From contig CAZGZL010000002.1 of NCBI GenBank assembly GCA_964530595.1, positions 1 through 55,257 on the forward strand: DNA of 55,257 nt. The letters run 5' to 3'. Below, one piece after another: positions 1-7,674 of this stretch. A program made the position numbers and the translations under genes. The stretch's first letter is position 1, and every line of letters starts with the position of its first letter. The stretch is from an uncultured Prevotellaceae bacterium. Its GTDB lineage: Bacteria; Bacteroidota; Bacteroidia; Bacteroidales; UBA3663. A model generated the notes under the pieces. That model had not been told where the DNA came from and did no database searches. It saw nothing but the letters and a program-made list of their open reading frames with translations.

Positions 1-75
1 GGTTTTTAGACGTGTTGATATTATAGACAGATTTTAATTTTTAAAAAGAGAAGTATGGAGTCACACAATACGGAA

Positions 76-107
76 ACTCCCCGATCGAAAGGTCGGGGAG
101 TTTTTTT
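76..107 (+). terminator. Rho-independent terminator of an upstream gene that lies outside the window
   Basis: 11-bp stem ACTCCCCGATC / GGTCGGGGAGT (one G-U pair) closed by a GAAA tetraloop and followed by a T7 run. It lies inside the annotated 5' extension of the 55..1071 ORF, which argues for the ATG at 127 as the real start. Confidence 0.8.
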
Positions 108-126
108 GATTTCTAATGTCGGTAGT

Positions 127-1071
127 ATGGAAAAGATTTCTTGGAAGGGACACGCTTCGATGTTCTCTGCCAACGCGATGTGGGGCTTAATGTCGCCCTT
201 GGCTAAAATGATTATGGTGGGCGGCGCCATTACACCGCTTGTGATGACTAACTTGCGTATCTTGGGCGCAACCGCTTTGTTCTGGTTGGCATCACTCTTC
301 GGACCGCGAGAGCACGTCGCGTGGCGCGATCTGCTCCGTTTGTTGGGCGCGGCACTGTTGGGCATTGTTTTCAATCAGGGGTGCTTCATCTTCGGGGTGC
401 GCCTGACAGCTCCCGGCGATGCATCGATCATCACCACCAGTATGCCGTTGTGGGCGATGTTGCTTGCCGCCTTGATCTTGAAGGAGCCCATCACGGGGCG
501 CAAAGTGGCGGGAATCATTGCCGGCGCCGCCGGCGCTCTATTGCTCATCATGAGCGGTCGCAACAACGCTACGGCACAGATTGCCGGCGGCAACCCGCTG
601 TTGGGCGACCTCTTAGTCTTGGCGGCACAGCTGAGTTATGCGCTGTACATCGTCCTCTATAAAAACTTTGTGCGAAAATACTCCTTAGTGACCATCATGA
701 AATGGATGTTCACCTTCTCTGCGGTGTGTGTCTTGCCCTTCTCTTGGGGTGAACTTACCGCTGCTCGGTGGAGCGAATTAGGGGCAATGCAGTGGAGCGG
801 CGTTGCTTTTATCGTGATCGGTGCCACCTTTATAGGTTATATGCTCATCATCGTTGGACAAAAGAATTTGCGTCCCACCGTTGCGGGAATGTACAACTAC
901 ATTCAGCCGATTGTAGCGTGCATTGTTGCTATCTGTTGGGGCTTGGATTCCTTCAACCTCCTCAAGGGGTGTGCTGTGCTGCTCATCTTCGGCGGCGTCT
1001 ACTTGGTGACATCCAGCAAAAGCCGCCGAGAGATGAAAGCGGAACAGAAGCGTACGTCAATCCATGCGTGA
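127..1071 (+). CDS. EamA/DMT-family (drug/metabolite transporter) permease
   Basis: About 10 hydrophobic helices and a duplicated EamA-like pattern (SANAMWGLMSPLAK..., LGIVFNQGCFIFG, GATFIGYMLIIVGQKNLRPTVAGMY). Start moved to the ATG at 127, downstream of the terminator. Confidence 0.8.
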   Translation: MEKISWKGHASMFSANAMWGLMSPLAKMIMVGGAITPLVMTNLRILGATALFWLASLFGPREHVAWRDLLRLLGAALLGIVFNQGCFIFGVRLTAPGDASIITTSMPLWAMLLAALILKEPITGRKVAGIIAGAAGALLLIMSGRNNATAQIAGGNPLLGDLLVLAAQLSYALYIVLYKNFVRKYSLVTIMKWMFTFSAVCVLPFSWGELTAARWSELGAMQWSGVAFIVIGATFIGYMLIIVGQKNLRPTVAGMYNYIQPIVACIVAICWGLDSFNLLKGCAVLLIFGGVYLVTSSKSRREMKAEQKRTSIHA

Positions 1072-2241
1072 GCGATAGTCTTCGTAGCCGTAGGAGCGTA
1101 GTACTTCGGCTGTTCCATCGCAATGCAACAGGGCGATGGAGGGATGTGTAATGCCGTTGAAGGTATGCGTCTTGACCGTTGTATAGTGAATCATGTCCTC
1201 GAAAACAACGTATTCGCCCACCTCCAACTCGTGGTCGAAGCGCCAGCAACCCATAAAGTCTCCGCTCAGACAACTGTTGCCCCCCAACCGATAAATATGC
1301 GCCTCCGTTGGCGCTTGAGCAGCCTCTGCAGGAAGTGATTCTGCGCCGCGCACGGTCGGTTGATAAGGCATTTCCAAACAGTCCGGCATATGACAAGCAA
1401 AGCTAACGTTCAGAATAGCTGTGCGGATGCCTCTGTTTTCGACCACATCGACCACTTGTGAGAGTAGCGGTCCTGTCTGCCAAGCAAACGCCGAGCCCGG
1501 TTCCAAGATCAGACGCAAATGGGGGTAACGTTGATGTAGCCCTTGGAGCAATCGGATCAGATGTTCCACATCATAGTCACGGCGCGTCATCAAGTGCCCG
1601 CCGCCCAAATTGAGCCATTTCAGTTGTCCGAACCAACGACCGAAGCGCGCCTCTAAGTGCTCTAACGTATGCTCTAAAGCGTAGCTGTCTGATTCACAGT
1701 GACAGTGGCAATGAAAGCCTTCGATCCCCTCCGGCAACGTTTCGGGCAGCTGCTCTGCCAACAGACCGAAGCGTGACCCGGGGGCGCAGGGATTATACAA
1801 TTCTGTCTCGATCTCCGAATATTCCGGATTAACACGAATACCGCAGCTGACGACGTGATCAGCGGTGCGCGTCCAAGGGTAAAAACGGGCGTATTGCGTC
1901 AGCGAGTTGAATGTAATACAATCGCTGCAACGCACGATGGTAGGAAATTCCCCCTCTGTGTACGCCGGCGAGTAAGTATGTGCGCGGCTCCCAAATTCCT
2001 CGTATGCCAAGCGCGCCTCTGAGAGCGAGCTTGCTGTCGTGTGCTGAATGTACTCGCGGAAGATGGGGAACGTCTTCCAGAGGGCAAATGCCTTGAATGC
2101 AAGGATGATTTCGGCATCTCCTTCGTGGGCGACGCGCGCTATCAGTTCCAAGTTGCGACGCAACAACGCCTCTTCCAAGACGTAGCACGGCGATGGGAAA
2201 CGACTATAATCGGTCGGAGTGAGGTAAGATTCTATTTGCAT
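1057..2241 (-). CDS. nspC: Carboxynorspermidine/carboxyspermidine decarboxylase
   Basis: Full-length 394-aa ORF. N-terminus TPxYVLEEALLRRNLELI, HCHCHCESD and GGGH motifs are typical of NspC (Orn/DAP/Arg decarboxylase fold). Its 3' end overlaps the convergent EamA gene by 15 nt. Confidence 0.85.
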   Translation of the reverse strand: MQIESYLTPTDYSRFPSPCYVLEEALLRRNLELIARVAHEGDAEIILAFKAFALWKTFPIFREYIQHTTASSLSEARLAYEEFGSRAHTYSPAYTEGEFPTIVRCSDCITFNSLTQYARFYPWTRTADHVVSCGIRVNPEYSEIETELYNPCAPGSRFGLLAEQLPETLPEGIEGFHCHCHCESDSYALEHTLEHLEARFGRWFGQLKWLNLGGGHLMTRRDYDVEHLIRLLQGLHQRYPHLRLILEPGSAFAWQTGPLLSQVVDVVENRGIRTAILNVSFACHMPDCLEMPYQPTVRGAESLPAEAAQAPTEAHIYRLGGNSCLSGDFMGCWRFDHELEVGEYVVFEDMIHYTTVKTHTFNGITHPSIALLHCDGTAEVLRSYGYEDYRSRMD

Positions 2242-2258
2242 GAGTTTTTATTTTACGG

Positions 2259-2266
2259 CAAAGATA
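2259..2266 (-). promoter_or_regulatory. Bacteroidetes -7 promoter element (TATCTTTG on minus strand) for nspC
   Basis: CAAAGATA on the plus strand is TAnnTTTG on the minus strand, 18 nt upstream of the nspC ATG. Confidence 0.55.
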
Positions 2267-2425
2267 GCTGATTCTGAGCACGTGACAAAACATCTCCGGT
2301 CGCGCGGCGGGACGTTGCCAAGTCGTTTCTCCTTTGTCCCCTCTCGATTTTCGCTTAAATTTACTTATTTTTCTATATTTTTGATGATTTTATATCGAAA
2401 ATTCATTGTGTACTCTCAAAAATAA

Positions 2426-2433
2426 TACCTTTG
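2426..2433 (+). promoter_or_regulatory. Bacteroidetes -7 promoter element (TACCTTTG) for the lipoprotein/OM-barrel cassette
   Basis: Exact TAnnTTTG match about 85 nt upstream of the ATG at 2519. Confidence 0.5.
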
Positions 2434-2439
2434 CTCACT

Positions 2440-2490
2440 CGAAAGAGGAGCGTCTACCTCTCTCGGCGAGATGCTGTAGCATCTTTTTTT
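2440..2490 (+). promoter_or_regulatory. Two leader hairpins, the second terminator-like (stem plus U-tract), in the 5' UTR
   Basis: Hairpin 1 is CGAAAGAGG/CCTCTCTCG (2440..2465, one mismatch). Hairpin 2 is AGATGC-TGTA-GCATCT (2469..2484) followed directly by a T7 run to 2490. Both lie between the -7 box and the start codon. Confidence 0.4.
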
Positions 2491-2518
2491 GTGGAAACCC
2501 AAACAATCAATACATAAA

Positions 2519-4369
2519 ATGAAAAGAAAGACAACACCTTCTACCCTTTGGTCTGTAGCCGTATTGTCCTCTATGATCCTTGCTGCATCATGTAGCAAAG
2601 ACACAGCCTACGACGATTTGGACGACATTGATTTGACGATTCAAGTGGGCTCCGCAGGATTAACTATCCCTGTGGGCGCTACCGATCGAATCTCTCTGAC
2701 CGAAGCCATGGATCCCTCCACCGTCGATGTTCTCGACACGCTACCGGGGGGCGATTTCGTGATCACACAAGCCGGCAATCTCTCCGCCACGCATTTCGAT
2801 GTGGCGCCCGTCCCCGTGCAGCTCAATCCGACGATCGCTCCTGCACAGTTCAATTTCAATGCGCAGCTCCCGGCGGGTGACATCCTTACGGCTGTGAACG
2901 CCTATTTAGCCGTTTCAGAGATCCGGAGTATCGACCCGCTCTCTCAAATCGCCGGTGTCAGCGGATCGACAGATTTGAATAACATTCATTACGACAATAT
3001 CTCGTTCGACGACTGTCACTTCGACTTCACGGCGCACAACGTAGACGAAGCGTTGTTGGCATTGCGTAGCGCTTCGCTCGCCACTCCCAAAGAGATTTCT
3101 TTCGACCTCACCATGAGTGGATTGCCCGATCGTGCCGACTCGTACAACATCACCCTTAGCAACGTCCTAATCATGCTGCCTCCGTACCTAAACATTGTGG
3201 GACAGAGCGCAGGTCGTATAGAGGTGGGCACGCTGAGCCTAACCAAGAGCGCAGGCAGTACAAGCGCTTCGACGCGCCTCACATATCGCATTTCGGGCGT
3301 CGATTTCTCTTCCTACGAAGGAGGGGCGCTGTCTGTGGAACAGGGAACGCTCTCCTCGCAGGGCGACATCCAAATCTCGGCGGATGCCGCTATCGACGGA
3401 CGCTTAAGCCTCTCGACCGACGATTTGAAGTTGGAAGAGGGGACGGTGAAGCTCCGTACGCCGATCGTCATTACCCCCACGGTGAGCGTCGGCGAACTCA
3501 CGATCACCGATCTTGAGGGGCGGTTCAATCCCACCATCGATCCCGTAGAGACCTCCGTCACGTTAGACTTGGGCGAAGACATGGATTTCTTGAAAGAGAA
3601 TGCTACGTTGGACGTCACCAACCCCATCATCACTTTGCACTTGAATAACCCTTGTGCAGTGAAGATTTTGGGCGACATCACCCTCACCGCCACCAACGGT
3701 CAGGCGCCGATCGTCGTTCGTAACGTCGACCTGAGTGAGCCGTTGATTACCATCAGCCGCTTGCCGCTGTCGGAGGGTAGCAATTATGTTGCGAGCGACC
3801 TGAGCAACTTGCTCAACCCGATGCCTGATCGCATCGACGTACACGTCGCTCCCTACGCAGACACACAGAACTTCTATCCCTATACTTTAGGTCGTAATTA
3901 TGAGATTTCCGGCGACTACGACGTGCAGGCGCTCCTCTCATTCAACGAGCTGCGCATCAGCTACGACAAAGTGGCAGAAAATGTCTTCGGTGATACCGAA
4001 GAAGATGTACAGGACATCGCCGATGTCTTGACCGATGGTATTCACAATGCCGAATTGCATTTCGAGGTGATCAATGCCATTCCGGTCACGTTGGATCTTT
4101 CTGTAGTGGCTACCGATCGCAACGGAAACGAAGATCCCACCTTGGTGACGTATGCCAACGCGCAGACTATCGCAGCCGGTACCTACGCACAGCCGACACG
4201 CACCACGCAGAATATCACGTTGAGCGTTACCGATGTTGCGCGCGTCAAGGACCTCATCCTTCGTGTGCAGGGCACCGGAAGGAACATCACCCTCAATGCG
4301 CGTCAATACATCCAATTTGAGAATATGAAACTCGTGGTTAAGAAAGTGACCCTCGACCTCAATGACTAA
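2519..4369 (+). CDS. Large predicted surface lipoprotein of unknown function
   Basis: Signal peptide with lipobox (VLSSMILAAS-C-SKD). 616 aa, beta-rich, no catalytic motif recognised. Repeated xNPxxxLxL-type beta-sandwich-like segments (DVTNPIITLHLNNP, ELHFEVINAIPVTLDL). Start set at the ATG at 2519; the ORF track begins at a TTG at 2489. Confidence 0.7.
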   Translation: MKRKTTPSTLWSVAVLSSMILAASCSKDTAYDDLDDIDLTIQVGSAGLTIPVGATDRISLTEAMDPSTVDVLDTLPGGDFVITQAGNLSATHFDVAPVPVQLNPTIAPAQFNFNAQLPAGDILTAVNAYLAVSEIRSIDPLSQIAGVSGSTDLNNIHYDNISFDDCHFDFTAHNVDEALLALRSASLATPKEISFDLTMSGLPDRADSYNITLSNVLIMLPPYLNIVGQSAGRIEVGTLSLTKSAGSTSASTRLTYRISGVDFSSYEGGALSVEQGTLSSQGDIQISADAAIDGRLSLSTDDLKLEEGTVKLRTPIVITPTVSVGELTITDLEGRFNPTIDPVETSVTLDLGEDMDFLKENATLDVTNPIITLHLNNPCAVKILGDITLTATNGQAPIVVRNVDLSEPLITISRLPLSEGSNYVASDLSNLLNPMPDRIDVHVAPYADTQNFYPYTLGRNYEISGDYDVQALLSFNELRISYDKVAENVFGDTEEDVQDIADVLTDGIHNAELHFEVINAIPVTLDLSVVATDRNGNEDPTLVTYANAQTIAAGTYAQPTRTTQNITLSVTDVARVKDLILRVQGTGRNITLNARQYIQFENMKLVVKKVTLDLND

Positions 4370-4377
4370 TCCAACAA

Positions 4378-5787
4378 ATGCAACACTCAATGAAGACTTT
4401 TAATACGATCAAATGGTTCGGCGTCGCTTTGCTCTCCTCGGTCACGATGACTGCAGCGGCTCAGAGCCTCCGCACAGGATATTTTTCGGATAGCTATCTC
4501 TATCGCCATCGCCTGAATCCGGCGTTGGGAAATACAAGCGGTTACGTCGGTCTACCGCTTTGGGGTAATATGAATGTGGGGCTCTCCTCTAATTTCGGCG
4601 TGAAAAACTTCATCTACACCAAACCCGGTGGCGGACTGACTACCTTCATGGACGGCAGTGTTTCGGCATCAGATTTCTTGGGCGATCTGAAGAAAAACAA
4701 CAAGCTCCTCATGGATCTCGATTTCAATGTGCTCTCTGTCGGCTTTAATGCTTTCGGAGGCTACAATACCGTAGAACTCGGCGTGCATTCAAGCGTAGGC
4801 ATGAGCTTACCGCGCGACCTTTTCGCCTTCATGAAAGAGTTGAAGAACGACGACTACGACATCAGTGACATCAAAGTCAAAGGACGTGCCTACGGAAGCA
4901 TCGAGTTGGGTCATTCACGTGAGGTCAACGAGGCTCTGCGCGTTGGTGCCAAGGTTAAAGTGCTCTTTGGCATAGCCTATGCCAATGCTGAGTTCGACCA
5001 ACTGAAAGCCACCTTCACCGACGATGCTTGGCAGATGAATATGCGCGGCAAGGTAGCTGTGGCTTGTGGCGGACAATTCACGACCGGCTCAGACGGCTAT
5101 GTCGACGGCTACGATGACGCCACCGCCGGTTTGAATGGCTTCGGCTTGGGCGTTGACTTAGGAGCCACTTACGACATGGGCGAGTGGGTGGATGGCTTGA
5201 AACTCTCCGCTTCGGTATTGGATTTAGGTTTCATGCGGTGGAAAGATTGCGCCGTAGCTGTCGCCAACGAGCACAATACATTCACCTTCCAAGGTTTCAA
5301 CAACCTCCAGATGCACCAAGTGGATGAGGATGGACGACAGCCTTACACCGGCACAATAGATCAGCAATGGGAGGACTTGAAAGATGACTTGGAACAGTTG
5401 GGCGAATTGACCAATCAGGGCAAAACCACCGAAACGGAGGCGTTGGCCGCTACGATTTCGTTGGGTGCAGAGTATGAATTGCCCTGCTACAAAAAGGTCT
5501 CTTTCGGCGCCCTCTACACCGAACGTTTCGGCGCACTGTACGACTTCGTTGAGGGGCGTATCAATGTGAACTATGCCCCCTCCAAAGCTTTCGATCTCTC
5601 CCTCTCCGGCAGCGCCGGAACGTATGGCTTGGGTTGGGGCGCCTTGGCGAATCTTCATTTGCCGGGATTCAACATTTTCTTCGGCTCCGACCGAATTTAC
5701 AGTGGCAGCGTCAACAGCGACTTTGTGCCGTTAGATAATGCTTCGATCAACTTCTCGATGGGTATCAATTTCCCCTTCGGTTGGTAA
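4378..5787 (+). CDS. Predicted outer-membrane beta-barrel protein, Bacteroidetes-specific family of unknown function
   Basis: Signal peptide ending AAAQS. N-terminal motif SLRTGYFSDSYLYRHRLNPA. Alternating amphipathic beta-strand pattern throughout. C-terminal aromatic signature INFPFGW. Starts 8 nt after the upstream lipoprotein gene. Confidence 0.65.
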   Translation: MQHSMKTFNTIKWFGVALLSSVTMTAAAQSLRTGYFSDSYLYRHRLNPALGNTSGYVGLPLWGNMNVGLSSNFGVKNFIYTKPGGGLTTFMDGSVSASDFLGDLKKNNKLLMDLDFNVLSVGFNAFGGYNTVELGVHSSVGMSLPRDLFAFMKELKNDDYDISDIKVKGRAYGSIELGHSREVNEALRVGAKVKVLFGIAYANAEFDQLKATFTDDAWQMNMRGKVAVACGGQFTTGSDGYVDGYDDATAGLNGFGLGVDLGATYDMGEWVDGLKLSASVLDLGFMRWKDCAVAVANEHNTFTFQGFNNLQMHQVDEDGRQPYTGTIDQQWEDLKDDLEQLGELTNQGKTTETEALAATISLGAEYELPCYKKVSFGALYTERFGALYDFVEGRINVNYAPSKAFDLSLSGSAGTYGLGWGALANLHLPGFNIFFGSDRIYSGSVNSDFVPLDNASINFSMGINFPFGW

Positions 5788-5826
5788 AATCGGGGGCACA
5801 GACTCCGCAATCCACCGGAAATAGTC

Positions 5827-5862
5827 AAGGAAGTCGCTTCTCACGAAGGGACTTCCTTTTAT
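5827..5862 (+). terminator. Rho-independent terminator after the OM-barrel gene
   Basis: Stem AAGGAAGTC / GACTTCCTT followed by TTTT. Confidence 0.7.
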
Positions 5863-5898
5863 AAAACAGCCAGTCTATTTTAGATTGTTCTCAATCAT

Positions 5899-5945
5899 AA
5901 AAACACCCGAATGTACAAAAGGTTTGCACATTCGGGTGTTTTTTC
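5899..5945. terminator. Bidirectional terminator between the convergent cassette and the hmu operon
   Basis: Perfect 12-bp stem ACACCCGAATGT / ACATTCGGGTGT, flanked by an A-run on the left and a T6 run on the right. Confidence 0.8.
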
Positions 5946-5984
5946 TTGTCGATACCTCTCGAAACGGTCGTTTCAGTAGTTTTG

Positions 5985-6311
5985 TTATTCGGGAACGTAA
6001 ATAATTTCACCGTTCTCCAATTCGTAGGCGATGCCCACCTTCTTACCCTTCTTGCCGGAGCTTTCGGATTGATCTTCCGACGGGGTGTAGCGTTTAATCT
6101 CAGTCCCCTCTTTAGAAATGATCTCCATATTCTCCTTGCCGGGATTTTTCACCATGGTGAAGTCCTCCTGACTGAACATTTCGGTCATATTGTAGCGGGT
6201 CACAAGGGCAACCATCAACGCCACGGCGAAAACCATCGCCACGTCGAAAAGGTTGCTCACCACGCTCATCGGGTCGTTGTCGTCTTCACGACGGAGCAAA
6301 CTGTGTCTCAT
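5985..6311 (-). CDS. hmuV: DUF2149-like small membrane protein, last gene of the hmu operon (HmuV position)
   Basis: 108 aa with one TM helix (VSNLFDVAMVFAVALMVALV) and a C-terminal GIAYELENGEIIYV motif. The start overlaps the hmuU stop by 4 nt (ATGA). Gene name is by positional analogy to P. gingivalis. Confidence 0.65.
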   Translation of the reverse strand: MRHSLLRREDDNDPMSVVSNLFDVAMVFAVALMVALVTRYNMTEMFSQEDFTMVKNPGKENMEIISKEGTEIKRYTPSEDQSESSGKKGKKVGIAYELENGEIIYVPE

Positions 6312-6919
6312 GCGCGTGCTTGGGTGTTAGAATGTTCTTGAAGAAGGGTGGCAAGGAGCTCCAAACGGGTCATATCTTGGAGATACCAACGCTGCTTGAC
6401 CTGCTGCGTGATGAAGCCCACGGCAGCTGCAAAAAGTCCGATAACGGTGGTCGCAAAAGCTACCTGCATGTTGTATGCCATCGAAGCAATGTCACCGGTC
6501 GAAAGGCCCACCAACGCCGGTCCCATCGGGATCAAAGTTCCCATCAAGCCCATCATCGGCCCCATTTTCGAGAGGGTCTTGCTGAGCCCCAAATCACGAT
6601 CGGCAGCAATCTCAAATTCCGATACGATGCGCTGTACTTGCGCCGGTTCGTCGCGCGCATCAAGCATCATGCGTATGTGGCGCACCGCCAACGACCGATC
6701 GCCGACAGGGAGACGTTCGCCCAACGTCGCACAGTTTGCGGCAGTGAGGTTATTAAAAGATTCCTGCAACTGTGCTTGGGTGCGACGAATCGAAAGATAT
6801 TGACCGAAAAAGCTGCCCACGAGCAACAAGGCACGGATAAAGAGAAAAATCAGGATGAGCACCACGGGAACCAAAAGCCCGGTGGAAATCCAGTAGAGAA
6901 TGTCGGTAATGTAATGCAT
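6308..6919 (-). CDS. hmuU: MotA/TolQ/ExbB-family proton-channel protein
   Basis: The TLSKMGPMMGLMGTLIPMGPAL...AFATTVIGL region is typical of ExbB/MotA channels. Start set at the ATG at 6919 (MHYITDILYWISTG); the longer track ORF would overlap hmuT. Confidence 0.75.
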   Translation of the reverse strand: MHYITDILYWISTGLLVPVVLILIFLFIRALLLVGSFFGQYLSIRRTQAQLQESFNNLTAANCATLGERLPVGDRSLAVRHIRMMLDARDEPAQVQRIVSEFEIAADRDLGLSKTLSKMGPMMGLMGTLIPMGPALVGLSTGDIASMAYNMQVAFATTVIGLFAAAVGFITQQVKQRWYLQDMTRLELLATLLQEHSNTQARA

Positions 6920-6975
6920 ATTGGGAAAAATGATGAATGGTTGAAATAAAGGAACTGAAAAATAGCTTGGGCGCG

Positions 6976-7659
6976 TTATCCGCGTCGCTTTTGGCGTCGA
7001 TAGATCAATGCCCCTGCAAGGGCGCCTACCAACGAAATGCCGAGCACACCCGCCAATGCGAGCCAATCGACGTCGCTTTCTGCCGTCACCGCCGTGCGTC
7101 CGTTGACGGTAGCCACTACGCCGATGATTCCTGCTAAAGCGTTACACAAAAAGAGAATTTCGAGGCGTAGCTCTCGTTCAGGCAAGAGATATCGGATGCC
7201 GAACATCAAGGCGGGAAGTAGCATGAAAACAGCGGCTGCCAAGCTCCATGCCACCGCGGCGAACGATACGCCGGGCAAGGCAAAGATCAGCGTCACGAGG
7301 CAGGAGAAAAGCACCGGCAGGATCAGTACACCGGGCATCCATCGCAACATACGGTAGAGCCACAGGGTGCGGCGTTTCAGTCGTCCGGAATAAAGCAAAT
7401 GTGCCGCCAAGAGGCAGTAGGACATCTGCCATGCCACTTCGAGCATCAAGAGCACTGAGGTGTCTAACATCAGTGTCGGGTTGGAGATCCAATCGGCAAT
7501 CTGAGTGCGCGACTGTTCGATGGCGTAATGCCACGAACAGCCGACAAAGAGAGTCAACGCCAATGTGACGATGCCGACCTGCCAGAGCTTCAGGAAGGTG
7601 AGCTTCAGACACGTGTTGAACGCGATGAGGATCATCAGTACAAGTACGAGTGTTTCCAA
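6976..7659 (-). CDS. hmuT: Polytopic inner-membrane protein (HmuT position)
   Basis: About 6 predicted TM helices and no recognisable motif. The track start at 7659 is a TTG; an in-frame ATG exists at 7635. Confidence 0.6.
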   Translation of the reverse strand: METLVLVLMILIAFNTCLKLTFLKLWQVGIVTLALTLFVGCSWHYAIEQSRTQIADWISNPTLMLDTSVLLMLEVAWQMSYCLLAAHLLYSGRLKRRTLWLYRMLRWMPGVLILPVLFSCLVTLIFALPGVSFAAVAWSLAAAVFMLLPALMFGIRYLLPERELRLEILFLCNALAGIIGVVATVNGRTAVTAESDVDWLALAGVLGISLVGALAGALIYRRQKRRG

Positions 7660-7674
7660 TGTGTAGGAGCGTTT

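Noticed and set aside
55-126. 24-codon 5' extension of the EamA ORF
   Set aside because: It contains a strong intrinsic terminator (76..107) belonging to the upstream gene, so translation is more likely to start at 127.
1057-1071. 15-nt overlap of the convergent 3' ends of the EamA transporter gene and nspC
   Set aside because: Short convergent overlaps are common in compact genomes. There is no evidence of regulatory significance.
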